Shown in pieces: positions 39,750-50,391 of a stretch of DNA of 64,000 nt. The stretch lies in contig CP122380.1 in the NCBI GenBank assembly GCA_024650005.2, forward strand, positions 1,152,001 through 1,216,000, given 5' to 3'. The stretch's first letter is position 1; each line of letters opens with the position of its first letter. Source of the DNA: Candidatus Bathyarchaeum tardum. Lineage in GTDB: Archaea > Thermoproteota > Bathyarchaeia > Bathyarchaeales > Bathyarchaeaceae. The position numbers and the translations under genes are program-made. Under the pieces are notes generated by a model. It saw nothing but the letters and a program-made list of their open reading frames with translations. It made no database searches and had not been told where the DNA came from.

Positions 39750-40092
39750 CTTTTACTTTTTCTTTTGAGTTTTCATATTGTTGAACTTTGTCAAGAATCC
39801 AATTTGCTAACGAACTAGCTTGTTCTGTAGTCAACATTACCCCAAATTGCATCCTTCTAACTATCTCAATTTCTTTCTTTTCTTTTTTAACATCATTTAT
39901 AGTTCCATCTTCGTTTATGGTTTTTACCTCACTATCTGGAACAGCACTATGTTCTAGAAAAAAATGCATCAATAAATCTCCTCGGGCAGAAACTCCACCC
40001 CACGCACCATTAGCTGGAAATATCTCGTAGTCCTCTGGAAATTGATGAAGGAACTTGAGGGTTCGCTTCTTTTTTTCATCCATTTCAACCAC
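39730..40092 (-). CDS. DUF3467-like protein
   Basis: ANGAWGGVSARGDLLMHFF...VMLTTEQASSLANWI. Confidence 0.55.
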   Translation of the reverse strand: MVEMDEKKKRTLKFLHQFPEDYEIFPANGAWGGVSARGDLLMHFFLEHSAVPDSEVKTINEDGTINDVKKEKKEIEIVRRMQFGVMLTTEQASSLANWILDKVQQYENSKEKVKDEKDVS

Positions 40093-40559
40093 TGCTCATT
40101 TAGTTATTATTTAGAAAGATATGTGTTATGATTTTAGGATAAGTTCCTAAATTTAAAATTTCTTATTATTGTTTCTATAACTATGTTTAATGTACTATCA
40201 TACTACATATTTTTTATGTTTTCACACGTTATGTGTGAGTTTTTTGTTATTGTATTTGATTTTGTATATTGTGAGAAGAGGAGTAGATAGGAAGAGGATA
40301 GAAGAGGGGAAAAAAGATTAACTTTTAACCTTAAATCTAATTTTTTTTGCTAAATTAAGGCAGTTGAGTAAAGTAGATATTATGCGTATTAAATAGATGC
40401 ACTATACCATAATTTTTTAAATAACTTTTTACTAAAGGTATTGAGAATTCACCATCATTCTTACTTAAAGATAGTGTTCATAACATCCCGTTTTTGTGAA
40501 TATTTATAAGAACCATTGTTTCTACTAACTGTAAACAAGTAAAAAGAGGATGTGAAAAT

Positions 40560-40748
40560 ATGCCATCACACGGTTCATTATCAAAAGCAGGCAAAGTACG
40601 ATCCATTACACCTAAACTAGAAGCAAGAGAAAGACACTCTGCAACTCCACGAGTGGACAACCGAAGTTGCTTCCATAAACGCTTTGAACTCAACAGAGAA
40701 AGTGGACAATACAAGCCTGGACAAAGAAGCAGACGAAAACGACGCTAA
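40560..40748 (+). CDS. rps30e: 30S ribosomal protein S30e
   Basis: MPSHGSLSKAGKVRSITPK. Confidence 0.95.
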   Translation: MPSHGSLSKAGKVRSITPKLEARERHSATPRVDNRSCFHKRFELNRESGQYKPGQRSRRKRR

Positions 40749-40840
40749 ACTATTATTTTTTATCAATTGAGCCACATCAAAAAGTGGCTTAACAATATTG
40801 TTTTAATATTTTCACCCTTTAGAACATATTTGTACTCAGT

Positions 40841-41371
40841 TTATTTGTTCATATTATATGTACGTTCACGCCAGCGCTGATTCCAACTTTTCCATCCTGT
40901 TTTCACAAGATTTTCTCTGAGATGAGGACGCTCTGCAACCCATTCAATAAAAGTGTTGAAACTGCGTTTTTTGTTCATTTTATCAAAATCTATTCCCACT
41001 TCTTTGCACCAGTTCGCAAAACTGCGTTCAACCATTTCTTGAAGTTCTCCAGTTACTTCGACTTTTTCAACTGTAAAACCTTGTTGCCTTAGATATCTGC
41101 GTATACTAGTAAGGACATAGCCTGAACAAACCTTGAAAACTGTTTCTTGGTCCGGTTTCATTACTTCAATAATTTCTTGGGCAATTTTTACTGCATCTTC
41201 TAGGTACCGTTTATTCTGAAAATGTGGCGGCTGAAACGAAGACAAAGGAATTCTACGTTCCATATATCTGCGGTCTGGAAGTTTAAGGGCGCCAATAACT
41301 ACCCCTAAAATTAGGTCACCCCAACCTGAATCGTCAATGAGAATCTCTTTTTTGTATAGGAATTTTTCCAT
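40841..41371 (-). CDS. Hypothetical protein with an RNase HII-like N-terminal motif
   Basis: LIDDSGWGDLILGVVIG compared with RNase HII GIDEAGRG. Confidence 0.55.
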   Translation of the reverse strand: MEKFLYKKEILIDDSGWGDLILGVVIGALKLPDRRYMERRIPLSSFQPPHFQNKRYLEDAVKIAQEIIEVMKPDQETVFKVCSGYVLTSIRRYLRQQGFTVEKVEVTGELQEMVERSFANWCKEVGIDFDKMNKKRSFNTFIEWVAERPHLRENLVKTGWKSWNQRWRERTYNMNK

Positions 41372-41471
41372 TTCTATACCTTACCTGTAGAACAAATCTG
41401 TTAAAAAAGAATAAAGGGGGCAAACCGTAAAAAACTTGTCTACCCTTTTGTTAGGTTTATTGGTTTACTGC

Positions 41472-42044
41472 TTACAATGGCAGTACTTTTCTGTCGTAGG
41501 TTTCGTTTAGAACTTCAGCGATTCCAGTGTAGATGGCGCTTGATCCACAGATTATTCCTTCAATTCCAGTGATTGTCAGTAAGTCTGCGTTGCCAGTTAG
41601 TCGGTATGCTGCTAACATGAAGAACAGTACAACTAAGCTAGCGAATACGAACTTTAGTGCATTAGGCTTTTTGAGGGTTCCACAGAACATGAATAATGTG
41701 AATAGACCCCACATGATGAAGTATGCAGCCATTGCTGTGTCACCGGGTGCTATAACTGATCCAGATGCTAGTAATGTGAAGTTAGGCAATAACAGTAAGA
41801 TTACAAGAGACCACCAGAATAAGCCGTAAGAAGTGAATGCAAGTGTACCAAAAGTGTTGCCTTTTTTGAATTCCATTATTCCTGCAATTACTTGAGCTAA
41901 TCCACCATAGACTAGACCCATTGCTAGAATCATAGCACCTAGAGGATAAAGACCTGCGTTGTGTATGTTAAGTAGCACTGTAGTCATTCCGAAGCCCAGT
42001 AGCCCCAAAGGAGCTGGATTTGCTAATTTCTCGCTCATTGTCAT
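41472..42044 (-). CDS. satP: Acetate uptake transporter, GPR1/FUN34/YaaH (SatP) family
   Basis: [27 protein letters not shown]. Confidence 0.92.
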   Translation of the reverse strand: MTMSEKLANPAPLGLLGFGMTTVLLNIHNAGLYPLGAMILAMGLVYGGLAQVIAGIMEFKKGNTFGTLAFTSYGLFWWSLVILLLLPNFTLLASGSVIAPGDTAMAAYFIMWGLFTLFMFCGTLKKPNALKFVFASLVVLFFMLAAYRLTGNADLLTITGIEGIICGSSAIYTGIAEVLNETYDRKVLPL

Positions 42045-42226
42045 TTTCACTCTCAATAGGATTTTTGGATTTAGTCGGATTTACTGCATATAAATCTTCG
42101 TCTCAGATTAGTATAATTATTTAATATGTACACTCAATAATCATTATTCTGTGAACTTTTTTCCTATCTTGATAAAAGGCTGTTTTACAATATTTCTGAA
42201 TTGGAATAAACCAGAGGAAAAAGAAC

Positions 42227-42964
42227 GTGAAACGAAAACGTCGATACAAACGAGGACACCCTGTGGCAATATTAGTGGGCTTCGAAGAGAAATATGCTAC
42301 TTTTTGGAACATATTCAGTCAAGTAGTAAAGCTCTCGAAACGAGTGCTAATTGATGGAAAAAGATTCGACGAAAAAAATCTTTACAACTTTCACGAGTCC
42401 GTAGTCGATGAACTTAAACCTTCAATAAATGAAGGCGTAAGAAGTGTTATTCTTGTTTCTCCACCCCGAACTACATATTCGCAACAGTTTTTAGACCATG
42501 TACAAAAACATCACCGATACATGATTAAATCCAAAAACCCAAACTGTGCAAACTTTGCTGAACTCGTTGGATCAGCAAAAGATCACCTTCAGGTTTCTGA
42601 ATTAGTCCAAACTAAAGAATTCAAAGATTTGATCGAAAAAACAACCTCCGAAGAAGCCGACCAAATTATTAACACCCTAGAAAAACAGCTATATGGTACA
42701 AGCAATAACGCAAATGTATTTTACACATTAAAAGAAATCGAAGATCAAATTTACAATCCAAACGAAAACAGTGCATTACAAACAAAATACCTGATACTTA
42801 CAGACAAATATCTAGCTGAAAGCCGCCAAAAAAACAAAATTCATCGATTATTGCAGATAGCCCAAAATAAAAAAGTAAAAACAAACGTAATCAATGCCGA
42901 AACTACAGCAGGCAACAGAATCACTCAATTTGGAGGAATAGTTTTCTTCACAAAAAATTGCTAG
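42227..42964 (+). CDS. Pelota/eRF1 domain 2-3-like protein
   Basis: VILVSPP; C-terminal ETTAGNRITQFGGIVFF resembles the pelota/eRF1 GGI motif. Confidence 0.55.
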   Translation: MKRKRRYKRGHPVAILVGFEEKYATFWNIFSQVVKLSKRVLIDGKRFDEKNLYNFHESVVDELKPSINEGVRSVILVSPPRTTYSQQFLDHVQKHHRYMIKSKNPNCANFAELVGSAKDHLQVSELVQTKEFKDLIEKTTSEEADQIINTLEKQLYGTSNNANVFYTLKEIEDQIYNPNENSALQTKYLILTDKYLAESRQKNKIHRLLQIAQNKKVKTNVINAETTAGNRITQFGGIVFFTKNC

Positions 42965-42990
42965 AAAGCCTAAAAAAGACTGTTCCGTAG

Positions 42991-43641
42991 TTAATCAATA
43001 AGTGTAGCTCGAATCAGCGTAACATCTTCTACTGGTTTATCGTTAGCACCGGTTTCTACATTTAGAATTGCATCAACAATATCCATTCCCTCAATTACTT
43101 CACCAAAAACGGGGTGATTATTATCTAAGTGACTGTTGTAAGCACCATTAATGAAGAACTGACTACTTCCAGAATTTGGTTCACCTGTGTTTGCCATCGC
43201 AATTGTTCCCCGTTCGTTCTTGTTGTTTTCTGCAACTTCAGAGAATTCATCTTGAATGTCTGGTATGCTTGGATCTCCGTATCCTGTTCCAGTTGGATCT
43301 CCACCTTGAATCATAACTAGATTATTTGGCAAATTAATTACTCTGTGAAAAATAGTTCCATCATAGATTCCATCATGTACTAGATTTTGGAAATTTGTAG
43401 TAGTAATCGGCATATCGTCCCGTAATTGTATTGTAATATTTCCCATACTAGTTCCTAAAAGTACTTTCATTTGTGTCAAATTATTAACTTCCTCATCAAT
43501 TGGATTTGGATTATCATTGTTAAGTATAACATAACCAATAATAACTGCAGCAACAGCTAACAAAGCTACCACAGCAATTATTTTTGTATAATTAGTTTTT
43601 TGTTTCCGTGGTCGACGTCTACGTGAACTTTTGGACGGCAT
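42991..43641 (-). CDS. Membrane-anchored cyclophilin-type peptidyl-prolyl isomerase
   Basis: YDGTIFHRVI, IQGGDPTGTG, GTIAMAN, SQFFIN, HPVFGEV. Confidence 0.93.
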   Translation of the reverse strand: MPSKSSRRRRPRKQKTNYTKIIAVVALLAVAAVIIGYVILNNDNPNPIDEEVNNLTQMKVLLGTSMGNITIQLRDDMPITTTNFQNLVHDGIYDGTIFHRVINLPNNLVMIQGGDPTGTGYGDPSIPDIQDEFSEVAENNKNERGTIAMANTGEPNSGSSQFFINGAYNSHLDNNHPVFGEVIEGMDIVDAILNVETGANDKPVEDVTLIRATLID

Positions 43642-43713
43642 AACAAACGACTACAGCAAACTCTAATTTAAATTCTCGGTAATTACACCAGAAACTTTGA
43701 AAGAAAATTGGGC

Positions 43714-43998
43714 TTAAACCCCCAATTCTTCTTCTACTTCTTCTTTTCCTTTCTTTAATTCTTCAACCTGTTCTTCGTCTTCTCGTAATAACAATGTCTG
43801 GAATTCTCCCATGTGAGTTTTTTCTTCTTTTGCAACATCCAACAAAACTTTTCGAATAGCTTTATTATCTGTCGCTGCAGCCAACTGTTCATACAAACTC
43901 ACTGCATCTAACTCAGCAATCATTGCTAGTCTCAGAATTTCTCGGTCATTAAATTTTTTATTGACTTTTTCAATTCTAATTGGTTTCTCGGATAACAT
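43714..43998 (-). CDS. Short ferritin-like / rubrerythrin-family protein
   Basis: AELDAVSLYEQ...EEKTHMGEF di-iron motifs. Confidence 0.85.
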   Translation of the reverse strand: MLSEKPIRIEKVNKKFNDREILRLAMIAELDAVSLYEQLAAATDNKAIRKVLLDVAKEEKTHMGEFQTLLLREDEEQVEELKKGKEEVEEELGV

Positions 43999-44490
43999 AA
44001 TCCATCTCCCTATCAAAATAAGTGAATTTATTCCCCTAAAAATGTTGCACATCAGATCTGTGTCGGATTAATTTTTTCCAATTTACTTAAAAAATATTAG
44101 GTAACAGATAGAATATTCACGTTTTACCTGTTAACTTCACGTTTAGTGATTCATTCTGGCTTTCTTAAATACCAATCTTCACCGTCTTTGTCAAATAAAT
44201 CCCTCCATCATTGATTAAATCTCAGCGTTACTCTTTGGTTGAAGCAATCTTAGTTACAAACTGTATTTCTTCTTGATTATGCTTTTCTAAACAAATTGTA
44301 GAATCATTGGATCTGCATTAATTCTAACTTTTTTGGCACTGCATTTAAGAAACCCACTTGACTTATTCATCAAATAATTTTTTGAAGTTGTTTCAAGAAT
44401 AATATATGATCATTATCTTATATTATATCAAAGTGGAATTCTTTTCTAAACTTTTCATTATGAGCTGACGTTTTAAGTAAGTTTTAAGAG

Positions 44491-44610
44491 AAATGGGTTT
44501 GCTGAGGTTTTTACACCCAAGTAATCGAAGGTGAAAAAAATGAAAAACCATGCTACTATCACTTTGTTATGATTTTTCGTTGTTGTGTTTGAACCTTTTC
44601 AGCCCCATTT
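44491..44610. repeat. MITE/ncRNA-like element, copy 2
   Basis: Imperfectly inverted ends AAATGGGTTTGCTGAGG...TCAGCCCCATTT; colinear with 16426-16534. Confidence 0.55.
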
Positions 44611-44650
44611 CTTCTAAAGTTTTACTCCCAAAAAAAGAGGGAAAATTGAT

Positions 44651-47194
44651 TTATTTTCTCCTTCTTAGGACAAAAAGTGCTGCTACGCCGATTACTGCTG
44701 CTACTGCGACTGCTGCGATAATGGCTACTTCGCTTGTGATGAATGCTGTTGGTTCTTGTGCGTCTACTGGTGTTTGAGTGTCAATTGGCTCTTCGGTGTC
44801 TATTGGTGTTGCTGGTGTAGGTGCTTCGTCTACAGTGAGGTATGTTGTTGTTGTTGAGCCATAGTATGCTTCGGAGCTTTCGAAAGTTGCAATGATCATG
44901 TATTGTCCTTCAATTTGGGGCCTGAATGAATAAGCGTAGTTGCCGTAAACATCAGTTGTTGCAGTTCCAATCCATGCATACTGATTATTGGGGTCAACGA
45001 TTTCGATTTTCACTGGAACTCCATTTATGTCAGTTGGCCGTTCAAATTGTTTGTAGACATACTTCATCCACGCGCTCATGTCTTCGTCTGCGATTGCTGG
45101 AACACCATTGGGGAACCTCATCTGAATGGCTTCATCCTTTGTGCCTGGAGAAACATCCATTACAGTTCCAAATATTGTTGCAGCGTGGCCTAAAGTTACA
45201 TCGTTGCGTACATCTACTGTAATTGCACTTGGACCCTTACCTATGGCATATATCTGTTGGTCATAAGTATCCATTGTAGCAATTACGCTGTCTCCAATGA
45301 TAGCATTTGATCCCCAGTAGGTCTGGCGGAACAACCCATCTGCTCTCCAGACTTCGTTTCCAGTTTCCATGTCCAAACAGATGAAAGGTGCACCACGAGG
45401 TTTTGGATCAATAGAAGAATGTTCCATATGCGCTAGGTAGATTAACCCATCGGAAACAAACATTGGTTTAGTCCACCAACTATTAGCCCACAGTATTTCC
45501 TGATATGGATCTTCTGCTGCGTATTCCCACAATAAAGCACCAGTCATTACGTCGTAACAACTGGTTACTCCTGAGACTCCAGATGAGATGAGTTTACCGT
45601 ATGCAATAGTGGATTCTGTGCCAACAAATGTGTTCAGATAGTGCTCTGGATCCGTTGGTCCCCAAAGATTTTCTCCTGTATTTTGGCTGAAACCATAATA
45701 TTCTCGAAGTTCTCGCGCAAATACAACGAAAACACCATCCTTACCGGATGGACTATAAGAAACTACGGCTATACTTACATTTCCTGCAGCCCATTCAGCT
45801 GGCGCATCCCATGTATTCTCAAATAGCAAGTTTCCTTCAGTTCCTGACGATAAATCTAATCCCCATGAACTGACTCCTGCAGTGTTGGCGTTTACTCCAA
45901 TTATCCTGTCACCAAAATAGTACTCTCCTGGTCTTCCGGGTAGACCCGTTGGTATTGTTACGTTTAAAATCCATGCACTCTGGGCAAGTTCAGTGTCAGC
46001 GGCTGCATCAAATGTTTTAAGATGTACAGAGTTTCCCCAACTGCCAGCACCGTAACCAGATGCCCCCTGATTGATACAAGAAGCAGTTAAGTTCCACATG
46101 GTTAACAACCCATTTGTTTGATCAACTGAAATTCGGTAGATACCACCATTTGAATCCCACCTAGTTGTTCCCGAGGGCACATTTTCAACAGTAAACATCC
46201 AGTCCCCTGTAAATGCGTCAAAAGCGTACCAATCACTTCCAACAGTTACCCACAAATATGCGAAGGTTCCGTGGAAATTGAAGGAGTCCCAATAGAATAG
46301 CTGACCAAACGCAATAGACCGGTTGTCTAAGAATGTTTTAGCCCAAATCTGTTCGCCAGTACGGATATCAACACAGTAATACATCTTTGGCATGTTGTGT
46401 GGACCATCAGTGTAGTAAAGTTTTCCACCAATGATTATTGGTCCTGCTGAACCCCAAGCCCTTACTCTTCCACCCCATTTGCCTTCATATGCATCGCCAC
46501 ATTCAAAACCATGATAGCCAAGCGCTTCTAAATCTGCAGTACCTAGGTCTCCTCCGACAATACCACCTGATGTTAGGGGCTCTGTCCAGAGTATGTGTGC
46601 AGTTCTTGGTCCATCATTATAAGGAGTGTATTTGTTACGTGGTACGAACAGCCAGTTTCCTGAAATTTCTGACCATTCTCTAAGTTGTGCGTCTATTGGT
46701 CTTGTCCAATATTCATTTGGAAGTGAATGACCGGGATAATATGCAATCGGCTCATCTTGTACCTCAAGTTCGAGTTCTTCGCTGGTACCCGCTAGATAAG
46801 TAAAATCGCCTCTTGGTGGAAGAGTTACGGTTTGTTCAGGAAAATGAGTCTGTAAAGTGTATGTTCCAACCATTGTTGGAGTGTATACTGCTCCTGTTCC
46901 TCCTGTAGAGTCTGTTCGATATGGCCCTAATGTTTCGGTTTCTCCATCTGGTCTTTCAATCGTAATGGTTAGACCTTCCCACCCCATCTCTGTGCTTGTC
47001 AGATATGCTGTAATGCCGACGTGAAGCAACACTGGTTGGTTAACACCTACGGGATTAGGCACAGCTCCGATGTATGGATAACTTTTAACATTTGACGCCG
47101 CAGAAACTGATGGAAAAGCCGATAGAATAGTAGATAATGTTAACACTGTAAATAACGAGAGTATAATTATTTTTGTTCTTTCCTTTTTTTTCAT
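44651..47194 (-). CDS. Large cell-surface PQQ-like beta-propeller repeat protein
   Basis: Signal peptide, repeated D..TG...W motifs, Pro/Thr linker, C-terminal TM plus RRRK. Confidence 0.85.
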   Translation of the reverse strand: MKKKERTKIIILSLFTVLTLSTILSAFPSVSAASNVKSYPYIGAVPNPVGVNQPVLLHVGITAYLTSTEMGWEGLTITIERPDGETETLGPYRTDSTGGTGAVYTPTMVGTYTLQTHFPEQTVTLPPRGDFTYLAGTSEELELEVQDEPIAYYPGHSLPNEYWTRPIDAQLREWSEISGNWLFVPRNKYTPYNDGPRTAHILWTEPLTSGGIVGGDLGTADLEALGYHGFECGDAYEGKWGGRVRAWGSAGPIIIGGKLYYTDGPHNMPKMYYCVDIRTGEQIWAKTFLDNRSIAFGQLFYWDSFNFHGTFAYLWVTVGSDWYAFDAFTGDWMFTVENVPSGTTRWDSNGGIYRISVDQTNGLLTMWNLTASCINQGASGYGAGSWGNSVHLKTFDAAADTELAQSAWILNVTIPTGLPGRPGEYYFGDRIIGVNANTAGVSSWGLDLSSGTEGNLLFENTWDAPAEWAAGNVSIAVVSYSPSGKDGVFVVFARELREYYGFSQNTGENLWGPTDPEHYLNTFVGTESTIAYGKLISSGVSGVTSCYDVMTGALLWEYAAEDPYQEILWANSWWTKPMFVSDGLIYLAHMEHSSIDPKPRGAPFICLDMETGNEVWRADGLFRQTYWGSNAIIGDSVIATMDTYDQQIYAIGKGPSAITVDVRNDVTLGHAATIFGTVMDVSPGTKDEAIQMRFPNGVPAIADEDMSAWMKYVYKQFERPTDINGVPVKIEIVDPNNQYAWIGTATTDVYGNYAYSFRPQIEGQYMIIATFESSEAYYGSTTTTYLTVDEAPTPATPIDTEEPIDTQTPVDAQEPTAFITSEVAIIAAVAVAAVIGVAALFVLRRRK

Positions 47195-47958
47195 TTTTTC
47201 AAACCTTCATAGAAAACATATATCTATCCATAAAGTATATAATATTTATCGCTGGAAAAAAAATTATTAAAAAAAATTAACGCATATTAAGATTAAAGTG
47301 TAATATTTCTTGTTTTTAAAATATTTTTAACCTAGAAACTGCTTATTTTGGAAATGTCAACTTATCCAACATAATATTCAAGAGCTGCTAGTGTACGGTC
47401 TGTCCAAGCCCGAAATTGAGCAAATGTCAACCCTTCCAAAAAATTGGTTATCTTCTTAATCTAAAATAGTGAGGGTACTTGAAAACGTTGTCCACCACAT
47501 TAACCAGTTTTTCACAATAATGCCAAACAAGCTATCCTATCTTCAATGTTTTCAACGGCTCAAATTATTTGTTAACAAAAAGGGCATTCAATGGAACAAT
47601 TAACGGAGGTGTAGTTTTAGTATACTTCAACCTTTTTCCAAAACCTTTCAGTTGTTAGACTTTTGTTCTTTTTTGTAAGTTCATGATTTCACCTCAAAGT
47701 TTTGAAAAACAGTTAACTCAATTCGGGACACTAGACCCCAAAACGATTTTATATGCATCCTTTTGCAGGGTATAGACCGTAATTTCGTTCTGAAAATTTC
47801 AACATTAAAATTGGCAAACCTATTTTTATCAAATTTTTTCACTTCTAAAGTAAATTTCAAAAAAAGGAAGGACCACAAGAAAACAGTGGAAATATATCCA
47901 AGAAGTCAGATAACATTTACTAATCCCTATTCAAAAATAAATACAGAGAGGTCATTGT

Positions 47959-49131
47959 GTGTCAAGTAAACCTTTAGTTTCAATTGTGTCTGCAGGTTTA
48001 TCCAAATTTGGGCGACACGAAGAACACGTGGGTAGAGAACTTTTTGCACAAGCAACCAAAGAAGCGTTTGATCGATGCCCCCGTTTAGACCCAATAAAAG
48101 ACATTGAAGCATTGTTTATTGGACACATGGGAGAATCATACGAACATCAAGGACACACTGGACCTACATTAGCAGATTGGACTGGTTTATTGCCCAAACC
48201 TGCAATACGAATCGAATCTGCATGTGCTTCATCAGGATCAGCTTTACGAACTGGAATCATGGCTATACTGTCGGGCTTGCACAAAGTAGTGCTAGTTGGC
48301 GGGGTAGAAAACATGACTCATCGTACAACCGCTGAGGTAACAGAATTTTTAGCTATGGCTTCAGACATGGCCTTTGAACAATTTAATGGAATTACTTTCC
48401 CCGGATTGTATGCTCTTATGGCTACTGCGCATATGAACAAGTACGGCACAACTGAAGAACAAATGGCGAAAGTAGCTGTAAAAAATCATTATAACGGAAG
48501 CCTAAATCCTAAGGCGCACCTACAAAAAGAAATAACATTAAAAAAAGCCTTAGAATCAAAACTTGTTGCGTGGCCTTTGAAAATGTATGATTGTTCATTA
48601 ATTACTGATGGCGCCAGTTGCTTAATTTTGACTGCTCCTGAAATCGCAAAAAACTTCACTGATACACCTGTTCATGTTATAGGATCCGGATTAGCAAGTG
48701 ACACAATTGGATTATATCAACGCGAAACTCTAACTTCTCTTAAAGCTGCTCGGGTTGCCAGCCAAGAAGCTTACAAAATGGCAAACATAAACCCCAAAGA
48801 TGTTGATGTTGCCGAAGTTCATGACTGTTTTACAATTGCAGAACTACTTGCATATGAAGACCTAGGATTTTGTAGTCCAGGAAAAGGCGGTAATCTGATC
48901 GATGAAGGAATAACCGAACTTGGTGGAAACCTTCCCGTGAACACTAGCGGCGGCCTGAAAGCAAAAGGTCATCCAGTAGGGGCAACTGGGACTGCTCAAG
49001 CTTATGAAATTTATCTTCAACTTACAGGGCAGGCACAAAAACGGCAAGTAAACGATGCAGAAATAGGCTTAAGCCACAACGTTGGAGGTTCAGGAGCAAC
49101 TGCAAGTGTACACCTCTACAGGAGAGATTAA
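47959..49131 (+). CDS. Thiolase family protein (archaeal acetyl-CoA acetyltransferase-like)
   Basis: ESACASS, EVHDCFT, GGLKAKGHPVGATG, HNVGG. Confidence 0.93.
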   Translation: MSSKPLVSIVSAGLSKFGRHEEHVGRELFAQATKEAFDRCPRLDPIKDIEALFIGHMGESYEHQGHTGPTLADWTGLLPKPAIRIESACASSGSALRTGIMAILSGLHKVVLVGGVENMTHRTTAEVTEFLAMASDMAFEQFNGITFPGLYALMATAHMNKYGTTEEQMAKVAVKNHYNGSLNPKAHLQKEITLKKALESKLVAWPLKMYDCSLITDGASCLILTAPEIAKNFTDTPVHVIGSGLASDTIGLYQRETLTSLKAARVASQEAYKMANINPKDVDVAEVHDCFTIAELLAYEDLGFCSPGKGGNLIDEGITELGGNLPVNTSGGLKAKGHPVGATGTAQAYEIYLQLTGQAQKRQVNDAEIGLSHNVGGSGATASVHLYRRD

Positions 49132-49133
49132 AA

Positions 49134-49532
49134 ATGTCAGCTGAGCGTCCATTTACGATATCAAGTTTCTACAAGTTCGTAACCGAAAAAAAACTAATGG
49201 CTGTACAATGCGATGACTGCCAAAATTTACTTTTACCACCTAAACCAATGTGTACAAAATGTTTTTCGATTAATTTGAAATGGATAGAACTAGAAAACAC
49301 GGGAACACTCCTGAGTTACACTGTTATTCATGTTGCCCCTGAAGAATTTCAGTCAATGGTACCATACATAGTTGGTATTGTCGAATTTGAAAATGGGCTC
49401 CATCTTCCAGGCATTATCCGTGATTTGCCTGTAGAACAAATCAAGATTGGAATGAAACTAAAAATCGATTTTGATCCGTCAACATCCAATGTTTGGCCAG
49501 AATGGAACAGATACTTTTTCAGACCCGTTTAA
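49134..49532 (+). CDS. Zn-ribbon/OB-fold DUF35 protein (thiolase partner)
   Basis: CDDC...PP...CTKC, GTLLSYTVIH; 2 nt after the thiolase stop. Confidence 0.9.
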   Translation: MSAERPFTISSFYKFVTEKKLMAVQCDDCQNLLLPPKPMCTKCFSINLKWIELENTGTLLSYTVIHVAPEEFQSMVPYIVGIVEFENGLHLPGIIRDLPVEQIKIGMKLKIDFDPSTSNVWPEWNRYFFRPV

Positions 49533-49609
49533 GATAATATTTTTTTGTGAAATCTTTTGCTAACAAATTAATCGTATAACTAAATTTCAAGAATAAAAAG
49601 CAAAGGCGT

Positions 49610-50287
49610 TTAGCTCTTGAGATTGAGTTCTGTTATCAAATGTGGTACTTCTGTTATTGAAGAAATGATATAATTTGAACCTGAATTTTTTAATTGCTCC
49701 ATCGATGAAAGCCCAGTTGTGACTCCTACTGCCATGACCCCCAGTTTTGTAGCACAAATTATGTCTTTGATACTGTCCCCTACAAAAATTGCTTCATTGG
49801 CGTTAACATTCAACGAATCTAAAACTGCTTGCAGATGTACTGGATTAGGTTTAACATTTATAACCGATTCACGAGGAAAAACTGCGCCAAAGAAATGTTC
49901 AATACCAAAACTTCGGAGAATAAGCCCTGATGCTTTTTTGCCACTTATTGTACATAGACCCATTTTCAGCCTCATTTTTCGCAAGGTATCCAAAGTTTCT
50001 AGAACACCTGGGAACATTTTTGTCTCTTTTGCTGCTTGCAATTCGAAATTTTCTACAATTGAGAATACAATTTTTTTGAACTCACGCATTTCATTTTCTT
50101 GAGGTTCAGGTCCCAGATATTTTTTTATTTTAAGTAACATGTCAAAAGCGCTTTCATTTAATGAAAAAAGTTGTTGAGGCATCCCTTGTTCACTGAGGCG
50201 TTGAATAACTTGTGTTCGGCATGCTTTAAAGTCGAGATTAAACTCTGTAAGGGTTCCATCAAGGTCAAAAATTACAGCTTTAATCAT
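49610..50287 (-). CDS. HAD family hydrolase
   Basis: FDLDGTL, KPNP, VGDSIKD. Confidence 0.92.
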   Translation of the reverse strand: MIKAVIFDLDGTLTEFNLDFKACRTQVIQRLSEQGMPQQLFSLNESAFDMLLKIKKYLGPEPQENEMREFKKIVFSIVENFELQAAKETKMFPGVLETLDTLRKMRLKMGLCTISGKKASGLILRSFGIEHFFGAVFPRESVINVKPNPVHLQAVLDSLNVNANEAIFVGDSIKDIICATKLGVMAVGVTTGLSSMEQLKNSGSNYIISSITEVPHLITELNLKS

Positions 50288-50391
50288 GTTCTTTCAATCT
50301 CTTTTGGCGTTTTATACTAGGCCGTCATAAAATTACTTTTTGTTTTCCATTGATTTTATATGTTCACTTTTATTATATTGAATTGAATCTT

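Noticed and set aside
38648-40210. TAA/TAG-rich and TTA/CTA-rich tracts as terminal inverted repeats of the Cas1/TA segment
   Set aside because: Low complexity and not convincingly alignable by eye
43714-43998. Encapsulin nanocompartment system
   Set aside because: A ferritin-like protein is present, but there is no encapsulin shell gene nearby and no clear targeting peptide
47959-49532. Thiolase-DUF35 pair as a novel system
   Set aside because: This is a well-known archaeal gene pair
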